NCBI GenBank assembly: GCA_951406725.2
Contig: OX597815.1
Coordinates: 12,028,001-12,092,000, forward strand
Reading direction: 5' to 3'
DNA: 64,000 nt
DNA from: Octopus vulgaris
Taxonomy: Eukaryota
Below, in pieces: positions 12,886 to 27,224 of the stretch (position 1 is the stretch's first letter; each line of letters opens with the position of its first letter). The notes beneath the pieces were generated by a model. That model had not been told where the DNA came from. It was given only the letters and a program-made list of their open reading frames with translations, and ran no database searches. The position numbers were made by a program, and so were the translations under genes.

Positions 12886-12946
<61 letters not shown>

Positions 12947-12985
12947 GCGTATAGACGTTAGTATGTACATGTAAGTCTGCATATA

Positions 12986-13050
<65 letters not shown>

Positions 13051-14659
13051 TATGATATATATATAATCGAAGTGGGGATATCGCTTACGTTAGAAATGCT
13101 GGATATTATAATATTTAGAGAAATATATTAAGAATTAAATAGATAAAACTGACTATGTATAAAAAGAATATGTTTTCAAAGATGAAGCTTGAAGATATAC
13201 TCAACAATACTGAAAATCAAATTTGGTATAGAGTCATATAAATATATTTTAAAAAACAAAAACATATTCGAACGCCACTATCTCAAAAAGACAAATCGAT
13301 TATTCTAGTCAGTAGCCTCTATAGCTAAAAGGAATGCAAGAAAGCTAAAAACAGCAAATAAAAAGATTTGGACAAAGATTAATTATTTTAAACCAAGGTC
13401 TCAAAATACGAACGACTATTGAACAAACACGATAGACGAAATGCTTAAGTCTGGAAATTTCTACTAGTATTTAAGCCTCAAAATTGAAAAAAAATAATGA
13501 TGCTTTTAAAATCTGTTAAGTAACATTTCTACTTTAACTACACAACACCTTTACTTCTTTTTGCGAAATACTGCATTCATTTTGCTTAAAAAGATCAATT
13601 ACTGATAAAATCAGCAACAACAACAAAAAAATCATTACTAAGAAGATCATAGGAGTTTTCTCCGAAGACAATTGTTAGAAATGCTTACACATGGATTCTG
13701 AATAGATTTCCTATGACTCTAGTAGAGATAATAATAAATAGGTATATAAATCATATCACAGCTAGTAGTGCAGGCTGAGATAAAATATGAAACAGTCAAA
13801 TCAAATATAATCTTCACTGAAAGAGGAAAAGTATGAAGGAATTCTTTCTCTGTAAATTTCCTGTCCGGTGCTAAGCGTGATGGAGGCAATTAATCTAGAA
13901 AGACAATAAACCATCAACTTGCAAATCAGGAAGTGAATCTTATATGCATTTCAAAGATTAGATTTCCGGTTGTGCAGTCAACCGAAAGTGTTATTCACTG
14001 AAATATGGAGTTAACTTTCCACTTACACCTTTAACGTAATCATTTAGAGAAATTGACAGTGTTACAAGATTCGATCCATTAACTCATATTTCTAAACTTT
14101 GTGCTCATGTTCGATGCAATTTCACTTATATAGGCTTAGATTGATAGGGGGCTATGGCATAAGAGCTTTGGTCAAAAATACTAGCAATGTGACTAAAGCA
14201 TAGAAAACGATATCGGGCCACAAACCTCTCTAATAATAGGCCATGCATGAGCCCGAGGCAACGTTTTATAAATAACATGCAACTAGAAATTTCGTTGCAA
14301 ACAGGATGTATATAAATAAGTAGATTGAAGAGAATACCATTGAGAAGACTTTGTACTCTTAGGAAAGAAGCCAATGAAACTTTCAGAAGGAATATTATAG
14401 ACGCTTTAGATTAATGTCTGACAAGAAGCTAAATACTGATTTTCAATCTTGGTTGAAGACCTGCAATTTTGAGGGGCGGGATGAAGAATGAAAGGCAAAT
14501 TAGGCCTGGGTGGAATTTGAAATTAAACGTAAAAGTTAGATGAAATACTGTTATGTCATACCTAGTCTTGTTTGTATGTATGTATGTATGTATGTATGTA
14601 TGTATGTATGTATGTATGTATGTATGCACGTATATTTATATATATATATATATATATAT

Positions 14660-15195
14660 ATAGTCAATAAGTAAGGGTAAAATTAATTAATTATTAATTA
14701 ATTTGTCCGAGCAGTGTTCGGTATGTAAAACGACCTTTTACGGTCGAAATGTTACTTTATAAAAATAGGGTAAAGTAAAATAATTTACTTTACCACATAC
14801 GTGGGTGGACAGGGAGAATACTAGATCTCATTTGTATTTTTGGATTCGCTGGTATTGGTGGTCTGGCATGGTTTGTCCCGTGTTACCAATATCGGACGGG
14901 TATGTTTGATTTTTAGTACTTTCAAAGCCAAATCAGAAGAAATCTCTGAGCTGATGAACGAAATGTTGGCGTTTAGTTAGCTAATCCAGAAACAGGCTTG
15001 TCCTCGGGTGATCTCATATGGATGTGATCTTTCGTTGGTTTTCCCTTATATCTATGTGAGTTATTTCTGAGTATGCATTGTCTGGGAGACTTTTTCTTGC
15101 AGTAGAAGAAATACCCAAATTTTTGGCTGCTATTTCTAAAAAGCTCGGTATGTGGTAAAGTAAATTATTCTACTTTACCCTATTTTTATAAAGTA
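14660..15195. mobile_element. (TA)n-flanked element with a 48 bp inverted copy of an internal segment at one end
   Basis: 14753-14800 is the reverse complement of 15148-15195 with one mismatch. Confidence 0.6.
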
Positions 15196-15220
15196 TATAT
15201 ATATATATATATACATATAT

Positions 15221-15339
15221 TGGCCTGTTCGCTCAGCCAGCGGGGTGGCGTCACTTGATGGCTAAAATAATGCGAAGCGCATTGTGACCAGCGATGCGTA
15301 GCAACATCTGATATCCTAGTCGGTCACGTGATCACGTGA
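15221..15339. mobile_element. ~115 bp unclassified repeat embedded in (TA)n; copy 2
   Basis: Homologous to 7769-7880. The terminal TCACGTGA is present twice. Confidence 0.75.
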
Positions 15340-15349
15340 TATATACATA

Positions 15350-15428
<79 letters not shown>

Positions 15429-16811
15429 GCGATCGCTTTGATCTCTGTATCATCGTTGTATACAATGTTCCTCTGGCTGATCCGTTCTGGTTACGCAACC
15501 AACTTTCCTTGTATCGTAATGTGCTGTGATTTTTAACAAATGAAATGTATATGAAGATATAAGCTCATGATATAATTAGTGTTGTACATAATACATACAT
15601 ATACATGTATATGTCTATACATATATATAAACTTATATGTGTGTCTGTGTGTGTACACATATATGTATACGCATGCTTCCATGTCTACTTGTGTATTATA
15701 TATGATTATGACTGTATCTCAAAAGTTAGTTGTCACCAGCAGAATATTAAAATTCTATAGTTTTATTTTGATATATACATGTTTCACAGAATCACTATAT
15801 GCTACTGAAGAGTTTACTTAACCTTATTTGAATTTCTGTTCACCAGGATGAACCAATCTGAGCTCAGAGATTGAAATGACTCATATATCTACAATATATG
15901 TATATATGAATCGGTCCACAGTTCCAATCAATCGGATTGAAGAGTGGCTGTCTACTTATGCATTAAAACTTTTTTACTCATGTCATTGCGGATCCGGTGA
16001 GCAAAGATTAGTTGAATGATTTTATAAATATTTATATTTGTACTTTTGTATACGTGTGAATATTTGCATGTGTATCTCTATGTGGGTATGTGCGTGTTCG
16101 CGGAAGCGTGTATCTGTGTGTGTGTGTGATTGTGTGTGTACGAATGCAAATATTGCTCGGTTCACGTATGGCATTTTCCAGTGGTGCTGCAGCATGACCG
16201 CAACCACATGGTTGAAACGAATATGAATAAAAATGACTAGGATATTCATTATGGAGTATGGTTTCTGTATCCAATTGCGTCTTGTGTTTTTCTTAGCATT
16301 TATGATATACATAGGACAGTAATATTTCTATTTAGTTTCCTGTTTTGAAATTTTGCTTATCAACTTTGTCGAGAACAAGGTTGTAAACAAAATTTTATAA
16401 TATTTATGGCATAATATCTTGCAGACACTACTTCAATTCATACATCTACCTTATGCTTGTGTTTGTTTACTATATTGACTTGAATTATTAGATAAAGTAA
16501 TTATCAGCATCACGTTTTAATCTTATATATTTTACAGATAACGTTTTGCTACCAATGTAAATACACACACGTTAAAAATGGAATAATCTCCCGATTGTAT
16601 CGTTATACTGAACAGGCGAGTGTTTTGTTTTGTATTCTATTTCTGGCTTATTTGCTCCGAATTTCCCAAGACTCTATGAACCGAAATCATGTTCTAAATA
16701 CATTTCCAACTCAGTCTTTTACGTATTTTCGACTTTGATATGGAAACAATTTCCTTTTTTGTATGTTCTTCGGTCCCTCTATGTTGCCTGCTATTTCAGG
16801 TTAATACGTTG

Positions 16812-16896
<85 letters not shown>

Positions 16897-18676
16897 ATAT
16901 CAGTGAATCTCCATATGTGTAGATTCATACATACGTACATACACACATACATACCGACATACCTACACACACACACATGTCTCCATGAATGCAACATATT
17001 CCACTGCACTTAATATTCAAAACAATAATTAATGCTACAGCTATTTAGATATGTGGTGAAAATTAAGAAATCTACTTCAGAAAAGTTAAATATAAATCTA
17101 CGTTTTCATTCTCTTATACACACACACACATGCATTCGCATATATACATATATATATATATATATATATCCACACCCCTCACTCCTCAAACATACACACA
17201 CACACACACACACACGCACACTTATAGTCCCACTACTCACACACGCACACTTATAGTCCCACTACTCACACACGCACGACAGACACACATGTATAAATAT
17301 ATGTATACGTATTCATCTTACATTGCATATTTTCAAGTCATCTATATATTTCTACACTCTCCGGCGCAAAAAAGCGAAACTAAACTAAAAAAAAAAAAAA
17401 AAAGAATAGAAGAGAGAAAACGACATAGTAAAAGGATAGAATAGTGGGAGAAGAGCAGATATTTGTGCATTACGGGCGTTTCAGGCGGTTATATTTAATC
17501 GATCAATGCAAACATTACATCTATTTGAAATACACCGCCTACTTCGGGTGCATAAGACCGTATAGGTTTTCAACGTAGAGGATACGCCATTATAGATGTT
17601 TTATCACACTTTTTATCAGAACTAGAGAATAAAAGAATTACATGCTTGTAGCTATTATTGTAGCATAATGAACTAAGAGAGAAAATACCCGAGTTTTGGA
17701 GTGGCAGAAGAGAATAACAAAGGAGGTCAAAAGATGGTAATATAACTACATTTGTCTTTCTCCTTATCGCCATCAAATGATCCAATGCAGCTAGTATTCT
17801 ACATCCACTTAGAATTAAAACCAGTGGGAACTGACAGTTAAGATCTAACTGCAGGTGATAAATTAATTAACATCAGATACTCTTCCCTACCCCTATTTTC
17901 TTTTGGTTATAAATTCCCTATGACTACATAAAGGAACATGTTTCAGAAGGGGTCAGTCAGATAATGGTATATCTCCAGAAAGAGGGAGGGTCGGGGTACC
18001 AAACTATTATATTATTATCACTTAAAAGTGTCCTCAAATAGAAAGTAAAGGATGTCACGTTGAGATCTAAATGGGCATTAAGGGTTCGCGGGGCAACACG
18101 TATCCAAATTTAGCAAAATTTATATATTACTATGTCTTGTATAATAAGTAATAAAATTTTTTAAATTTAGAAAGTGATTTAAGGACCAAGTATATGAAGA
18201 AGGATATATAAACTAATTTAAACCCTAAAAAAGTAGTGATTTTATATTGAATAGCAAACTCATAAAGGTTCATCCCAGCAAAATGTTAAGGTGGCCATGA
18301 TAAAACCCCTCAAAAATAAATCCATAATTATATTCAGATTTCATCAGAGAAAGAGGCACAAATTTTCTATTGACTGAAACCCAGGGACCAAAGGTAAACA
18401 ATAAAATAATTAATTCTATAATAGGACACAACAGAATTTCCCAGACACAGATAAACAATTCTATAACAGATAAACTTATTTTAAAACCTTTGGAAATATA
18501 ATTATATAAAATGTTTCCAGCTGTGAAGTAAGTAGCTAGGCGTAGGAGTGGTTGTGTGGTAAGTAACTTGTTTACGCGCATGCGTATTTGTTAGTTTCTT
18601 ATCAGATTGAACAGAGTGAAGACGTGCGTTGGTGGTCGTTTGATAATGGCCCAAACCAATCTATGTTATCTAGGTT

Positions 18677-18708
<32 letters not shown>

Positions 18709-18906
18709 TACACTTCACTTCACACTTGATACTACACTTCATAAAAGGAAATATGGAGTCACTCATCTATACATAACAGACGTACATACATAGTCATATA
18801 AACCCATACACAGACACACAAACATGCACACACAAGTAGACAGAGGTGCCCACACAAATACACATCACACACATATATATGCATATATATATATATATTA
18901 TTTAGA

Positions 18907-18954
<48 letters not shown>

Positions 18955-19018
18955 AAACTCTTAACAGTAGATACTAGACCTGGCTCTTAGCCATAAGACT
19001 GAGAATAAATATACATAC

Positions 19019-19087
<69 letters not shown>

Positions 19088-19124
19088 CGCACACACACGC
19101 ACACGCGCGTACACACACACACAT

Positions 19125-19165
<41 letters not shown>

Positions 19166-19500
19166 CACGCACTTCTGGATTCTGGACTGATTTGCAAATG
19201 TTTCATCAGGGATAGAAATCGATATAAAAAGAAATCACATCTCAAGGGATTGATTGAGTATTGACATTCATTTTGTTTTGTGCGCATATGTATATTAATA
19301 TTTAATATTAAAAAACCGTTACATATGTATATGGAAAATTGTTTTTCCTATGAATGATAAATCAATCCATTAAGATGTGATTCCTTTTCGTATCGATTAC
19401 TAACCCTAATGAAATATTCAATTAACTGTATTCAAATGCATCTTAGTTTATGTATTTGTACATACTTATATACGTATATGTACATAGTTACATCTATACG

Positions 19501-19542
<42 letters not shown>

Positions 19543-19585
19543 TTCGTATATGTACATACGAATATGTACATACTTACATCTATAC

Positions 19586-19674
<89 letters not shown>

Positions 19675-19675
<1 letters not shown>

Positions 19676-20389
19676 GCATATGTAAGCACAGGACGTCACG
19701 AAATGTGTACAACGAAAAATACGAATTACGAGTACTAATTTTGCGAACAACGAAAGACACAAATGGAAAACAAGACAAACAACAGATAAATCAAACCTTT
19801 ATCAGTTGTTGGCTGTTTTTTCTACTCTCGTATTTCGAGCATTTAACAAGAAGATACGCATTCAATAAAACAGTTGCTCCCGCAAAGGAAATCAAATAAA
19901 ATTTGGGATTTTTCGGAAGGTGAAAATTGGAAACACAAACAGGAAAGTGAAAACAAAGAGGATGAACTGCTAATCTGAAATGAGGTTGGAGTGGCGAACG
20001 CGTAAATCAAGCTTGGAAAGGAGACAGACAAGAACACGTCTTCCATGATCGAGCTATAACGAAGAGAAAGTATGAAACACAATTTAGATGTCCGATGCTC
20101 ATATGGGATCCACGTGAGAAATGGAGGAAGAGTAAGGGAGAGAGAGAGAGAGTGACAGACAGAGAACGCTGAAGGGGAGAGTAAAAAATGGAGATAGGAT
20201 AAGTGAAAAAAAAAAACAGGAAGCGGAGAAGGGGAGAAAGGAAGAGAGAAACAACGAAAGAGTCATAGGACAGAATAATGGGAGAAGAGTAGGTAAAAGA
20301 ATAACATAGAGAAAGAGAGAAAAACTTAAAACTAGAATGATAGTAGAGTGCGCAGCAGTATTATTAAGATAAAATTCACTTGGAAGAGG

Positions 20390-20392
<3 letters not shown>
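19675..20392 (-). mobile_element. Longer copy of the 12520-12885 repeat family
   Basis: Reverse-complement similarity over ~360 bp, then a purine-rich tract. Bounded by (TA)n on both sides. Confidence 0.7.
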
Positions 20393-20470
<78 letters not shown>

Positions 20471-20532
20471 GTATGTATGTATGTATATGCATATATATAT
20501 GTACATATATATATATATATGTATATATATAC

Positions 20533-20566
<34 letters not shown>

Positions 20567-20639
20567 CTGAGTGTATGTACGTGATTAACGTGTAAATTGT
20601 CGCCATTTTATAACATCAATTTCGTGCATGCGCTTTTCT

Positions 20640-21510
20640 CGTAGGGTAAGTTGAGCACCGCCTGTGAAAAAAGCACCAGCATGATGTAATTCACTCAGCC
20701 AGAAATTTGGAAACGACTTCCTGTACTGCTTGGCATTAGCGCCGGGATTGACATCTAGCCCTTTAAGACCATCAGGTCCGCACCAGCAACATGAGAGTGT
20801 CTGAGATTCTTATCAGCAAGTAGTATATGTCAACTTCCTGTATTTCTTACAGAAGATGGGAAAAAGCCAATTTTTATCCCAAGCTATCATGAATAACTGG
20901 AAAGACCGCGCTACGAAGCTTTTGAACAAACTCAAGCAACCCTTCCAAACCGAACATGCTTCGGCCCTTCTCACACGAGAAAAAATTCTCCCAGGACTGA
21001 GATGGTGAACACACAAAGCAACCGTTGACTTGCCGTCTCTCCAAAACATGTAGCGAGAATGATAAAATGAAACATCCAGTTGACAACATGGTGTTTGATG
21101 TAACCACTAGTGATGGAGACGTTAGACTTCCATTCGACTTCCCACCCGGCCTCAGACTCAACTCTGAAGTCTATATCAAATATCTGAAGGAGATAGAGCT
21201 GTCCTGGGTGAAGAGGGTGGCTGCTGGAAATCCCTATGTCTAGCAACAGTTCTCTGCACCATGCCACAAAAGAAGGAAAACCCAGCCATGTTAATGAGAC
21301 AATTTCTGCGTCCACATCACTCCTAACATCTGGTCACCCAACTCCCTCCACATTGCAGACCACTTGATAATTATGTATGAACTGAAGGCAAGGATAATGG
21401 AAGCATTCACCATCGTAAACATAGAGGCCATCCAGAAGTGTTACAGGGGATTCCCAAGTCGTCTGGAGGTTGTGGTGGAAGCCAATGACGATTTTATTAA
21501 ATAAATTTAA
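20640..21510 (+). mobile_element. Degenerate Tc1/mariner-superfamily transposase
   Basis: Broken frames give KMKHPVDNMVFDVTTSDGDVRLPFDFPPGLRLNSEVYIKYLKEIELSWVKRVAAGNPYV*QQFSAPCH...NIWSPNS, i.e. eroded QQDxAPxH and WPPNSPD motifs. Confidence 0.8.
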
Positions 21511-21680
21511 TCTTTAGTATTTCTTGATATTTTTAATATAATTTTAGTAAATATATCTGTTAAGATAAGAATATTTTATTCTTTTATTCATTTCAGCCAA
21601 ACACCTGGAGTCATGCTGCAGCACTACCGTGGTTTTGAGGACTTCCTCAGGCTGGGGTTTGCACATCACAACTCCTGTAT

Positions 21681-21761
<81 letters not shown>

Positions 21762-22332
21762 CATATTTGTATGTATGTGTATTTAAGTATTACATTTATG
21801 CATGCCTGCATCTTAACTCAATGTCTCTAACACACATATACACGAACGCACACAAGCACACAGCCACATACACACACGCAACACACAGACACACAAACAC
21901 ACATGCGCGTACATGTACGTATGGGCATGCAAGTGTGTATTAGTTTTCAACCAATATATCGGCAAACTGATAAGTTTTTCTAATGTGTGAATGATATGTA
22001 AATTGTTAATAAAGAACAATATAGAATTATAAACGTAAGAAAATATGTAGAAAAATTCATTTGAAAAGAAATTTGTTAATTAGAATTCACAGTTGTATGA
22101 CAATTTGTTTTTATATAATACGTCATCTAATGAACACGATTGAGTATTCTTATGTTACGAATTATCTGAATCATGTCTGATTTGAATCAAACACATTGTT
22201 AAGTTTTCTAAAATGGCCAATCGTTTTATTTTATACGCAATTTATGAAGACGCTAGCTGCAGGGTGGAATAATAAGAACGGAAACTATGAGAATGTGTCC
22301 TTTGAGAAACCGCAGAATTCTATCTGACAACG

Positions 22333-22335
22333 ATG

Positions 22336-22432
<97 letters not shown>

Positions 22433-22455
22433 TAATAATAATAATAATAATAATG

Positions 22456-22540
<85 letters not shown>

Positions 22541-22555
22541 TAATAATAATAATAA
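22333..22555. repeat. (AAT)n microsatellite
   Basis: Seen directly. Similar tracts lie at ~26820-26950, 33885-33985 and 47665-47770. Confidence 0.97.
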
Positions 22556-22769
22556 AAAGATGTTCAGCAACAATAGCTGTAAAAAAAAGGCATAAATCTT
22601 CGCAGTTCTAATACCAACACGATAATGAGAAAATATCTACTTGGAAGCTGTGATAGCAAAATCTCAGTAGTCGAAGCTGTATACTTGCTATAGATTGTAA
22701 TACTAACATTTTTTTTCAGTAAATGTTAAACATTAATAATTGAAATATTCTAGACTGACAAAGTGAGAG

Positions 22770-23891
22770 AGAAGATTGCTCTGGCTTTTTGATTCCTCTG
22801 AGATTGCACCCACACTCCAGAGAGGTGGAGAAACAGCTCATTAAACATTCAAGCTGCCTCTGACCCTCATCTAAATGAATCTCCTTTATGCAACATATCC
22901 AATAATGCAGTGTTAGTAAAGCTCCTTACCGATGCCAACTCATAGTCTGGGATGAGGAAACAATGTCCCGTAAGGCAGCATTTGAAGCGCTTGATACGAC
23001 ACTACAATACTTCAGAAACAACATGGGTGGTGTCACTTCCTCATGGCTTGTGACTTAAGGCAAACGCTGCCTGACATTATCAGAGGAACAAGGGTAGATG
23101 AGCTGAGAGTTTGCATCAACTCCTCATTCCTAGCAAAATGTCAAGCAGCTTACTTTGACAACCAATATGAAGGTTCACATTCATGGTGACCTGTTAGCCA
23201 CACAGTTCTCCAACAATTTACTTGACATTGGAATGGAAAACGTCCACACGATCCAGAAGATAGTCTGCACCAATATGATAGGCAATATTACTGCCTCCCT
23301 TGAAGACCTGAACAGCAAGGTGTTTCCAAACATTGCCACAAACTATAAAAGCCACAAGTGGCTATGTGAAAGAACGATTTTGGCTGAATCTAAATTTGTT
23401 GTCTCAGCTTCCAGGACCTGAAATGTTCCTATAGATCAATTGACTCTGTTCCTGATCAAGAACACCAAGATCTTCACCAAAAATTTTGATCATGAAAACA
23501 GGTGCTCCCATAATGCTATCAAGAAAACTTGATACACCCATACTCTGCAATGGAACAAGGTTGGTGGTTAAAACAGCCATGCCCCAAGAGTTGGAAGCAA
23601 CAATAATTACAGGTAACATGATGGGTGAGGATACCTCACTACTCAAATGATCTCTCCTTTCAGTTCAAGAGACTGCAGTTCCCAGTCAAACTTAGCTTTG
23701 TAATGTCTATCAACAAAGTACAAGGTCAATCTCGAAAGGTGATGGGACTTAACCTTCTTCAAACTTGCTTTTCACATGGCCAGCTGTATGTTGGATGTTC
23801 TAGAGTTGGAGATGAAAAGAACCTCTACATTCTCAGTGATAACATGGCAAGCCAGAAGACACAGTACATGAAGAAGCACTTACATGAATAG
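22770..23891 (+). pseudogene. Helitron PIF1-type helicase remnant
   Basis: Frameshifted motifs: GGETAH*TFKLP, IVWDEETM, DLRQTLP, LTTNMKV, LCNGTRLVV, FKRLQFPVKLSFVMSINKVQGQS, FSHGQLYVGCSRVG. Confidence 0.92.
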
Positions 23892-24304
23892 TAGGTCCAT
23901 GTGATATACAGAAGTACAAAACCATTGAGTGTTAAAGTATTAACATTACATTTTCACTTTTCGACTGGCATGCGCGAATTATATCAGTGTGTATAAAAGT
24001 GAAACAATGACGTAGTATGTTCGCTGTCCGTCTGTGTGCGCGCGCGCGCGAGAGTGTGTGTGTCTGTGTGTGTATCCTACGCATAGCCTTTCATTGTATA
24101 TAATCTACACCTGATTTTTTGTTACGAAATAAGTTACACAAACGTGTATTTACTTGGTATACATATATGAATTGAAAACTTTCTTTTCACATTTCCCTTA
24201 ACGTCTATGTTCCATGCTGCGTAATCTAGACGGCGTTTTTAAATTTCATTATTTTCTTTAACCGATATTTCTACTAGTGTATATATACATACATACATAA
24301 ATAT

Positions 24305-24360
<56 letters not shown>

Positions 24361-24366
<6 letters not shown>

Positions 24367-24492
24367 TTTATAGATGGAGCTTCTACAGGACTAGAACTGT
24401 TTCATTCAGAAGAAATCATCAGGAAGCTTCCTGATGATTTCTTCTGAATGAAACAGTTCTAGTCCTGTAGAAGCTCCTTCTATAAAATAAAT
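24361..24492. repeat. 132 bp spacer-less palindrome containing a hammerhead core
   Basis: 66 bp arms with one mismatch, centred on AAG|CTT (24426/24427). The right arm reads CTGATGA tttcttctgaat GAAAC agttcta GTC. Confidence 0.92.
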
Positions 24493-24557
24493 TAATTTAC
24501 TCTGCTATGTATTGAGTACCTTACTTACTGTGGTTAACCCCGACTCAACCCGGGACC

Positions 24558-24600
<43 letters not shown>

Positions 24601-24601
<1 letters not shown>

Positions 24602-25019
24602 CTTTTTACTCTTTTACTCTTTTATTTGTTTCAGTCAGTTGACTGCGGCCATGCTGGAGCACCGCCTTTAGTCGAGCAAATCGACCCCAGGACTTATTCT
24701 TTGTAAGCCTAGTACTTATTCTATCGGTCTCTTTTTGCCGAACCGCTAAGTGACGGGGACGTAAACACACCAGCATCGGTTGTCAAGAGATGTTGGGAGG
24801 ACAAGCACAGGCACACAAACATGTACACACATATATATACATATATACATATATACGAAGGGCTTCTTTCAGTTTCCGTCTACCAAATCCACTCACAAGT
24901 TATTGGTTGGCCCGGGGCTATAGCAGAAGACACTTGCCCAAGATGCCACGCAGTGGGTCTGAACTCGGAAACCATGTGGTTGGTTAGCAAACTACTTACC
25001 ACACAGCCACTCCTGCGCC
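24601..25019 (-). mobile_element. SINE family A, full length
   Basis: Reverse complement of 56416-56827, with tRNA-like head ggcgcaggagtggctgtgtggtaag. Confidence 0.93.
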
Positions 25020-25023
25020 GATA

Positions 25024-25085
<62 letters not shown>

Positions 25086-26694
25086 ATATATATATATTTT
25101 ATATATATATGCAAGTAGATTCCCGAGACATGAAAAGAACTTCGTCAACGCTCAAATAAGAAATGATAGCCAAACGTGCCTAAACACATTTCCTGATATC
25201 TTAAAAGAAACACACATTGGAGAAATCTTCGATATCTATAATCACTGGAGAAAAAAGATTAACAGTCCTGGAACATTCTTGATCAAATTGAAACCCTAAA
25301 GACCAAAAGGTTTTTAAATTTTGTTTAAAGACTTCAACCGTGTATTGAAAAAAAAAAATTCACTCACGATCTCGTCCTATTTCTCATATTTTAATTCGTG
25401 AGCTTCCTATCTGACATGCACCATCACGGTATATATTGACGGACTTCTTGCTACTGCAGCCACATTCGATATTAGTATTGCCCTGGGTTACATGTTATCC
25501 AACAACACTTTAATACCTTCGGTGCATCAATATCCTACTTACCTCTATATGAAAAAACAAAATGAAACAATCACATTCATGCTCTTAAGATCACCCTTTA
25601 TATCTCCGTAACTAACCTTATCCGTATCTCATCCATACACAGCTAGACATCACACGTAAGCATATGTCACATGCCAAGAATGCATGGCCAAGAATGCATA
25701 GCTGGAAAACTCGAGAATATCCTTCAACGGGTCTCATACCATCTTTTGTTTTAGTTTACAAGACAAAGGAAAAACTCAAGCACTACTCAAATCCATCGTA
25801 TGACTTGAACATGAGTAGCACTGAGGAAGATGTCTCACAGATGTATTAGATGATTGGTATCAAATATCTCAAGCGTCGTTTCCTGACAAAGCGCCATATT
25901 AGAACCGTACCCCTAACACTGACCCTTCTCGTCTAAGTCAGAAATGTGTGTGTGTATGTGTCTGTGTGTGTGTCTGTGTGTGTGTGTCTGTGTGTGCATG
26001 TGTAAATATGTCCGTATATGTAGCAGGGATTGGAAAATAATTGGAAAATATAAAAGAAATTCAATCCACATCACTTTATCCGATGCAAAAAGAAGCAACT
26101 AAAGAACAGGATCGTGATTAGCTAAAAAATTACTAACGCCATCAAAACATTTGACCTTTCAAGACCATCACTATATATCCACTACAGAAAAGAGAGCAAA
26201 CGAAGAGAGCCGAGAGCAGACAGCAGTCAGCAGACAGTAGAAGTGAACCAGTAGCAGACCAGATCGCTTGCAGAACACAAAACCATAATACAAAAATAAC
26301 AAAATAAGATAAGAATGGATGTTGGCAACAGCAACGAACCATGACCAGCAAATATGAAGAAACTCACGAGAATGAAAAATTTCATACCTGGTATAAGTGC
26401 AATAATTTTCGAACATTTGAACTATCACTGTGTTTGTAGTTGGAAGTAGCGAAAATATTTTTATTAACGATAAAAATAGAAATAAAAATAAAAATAATCT
26501 AATATCTTAAACAGATTGATGTGTTGTTCATCGTAACACACACACTTACACACATATGCACACGCATAAATGTCTACCTATAAATACACACATATATATA
26601 CATTATTATTACTCAGGTCTGCCTGGAATCGAACTCGGAATATTGATGTTAGTAGCCCGCGCTCTTAAACACTACGCCATATGTCCATGCCCAC

Positions 26695-27175
<481 letters not shown>

Positions 27176-27192
27176 CACATATATATGTATAC

Positions 27193-27224
<32 letters not shown>

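Noticed and set aside
13070-13800. AT-rich stretch resembling decayed retroelement coding sequence (also ~17900-18530, 25400-25900 and 28900-29200)
   Set aside because: No diagnostic motif could be read confidently by eye, so these are left unannotated.
15835-15885. caggatgaa-caatc..gattg-aaa hairpin resembling a hammerhead
   Set aside because: The core is too far from CUGANGA and stems I and III are unsupported.
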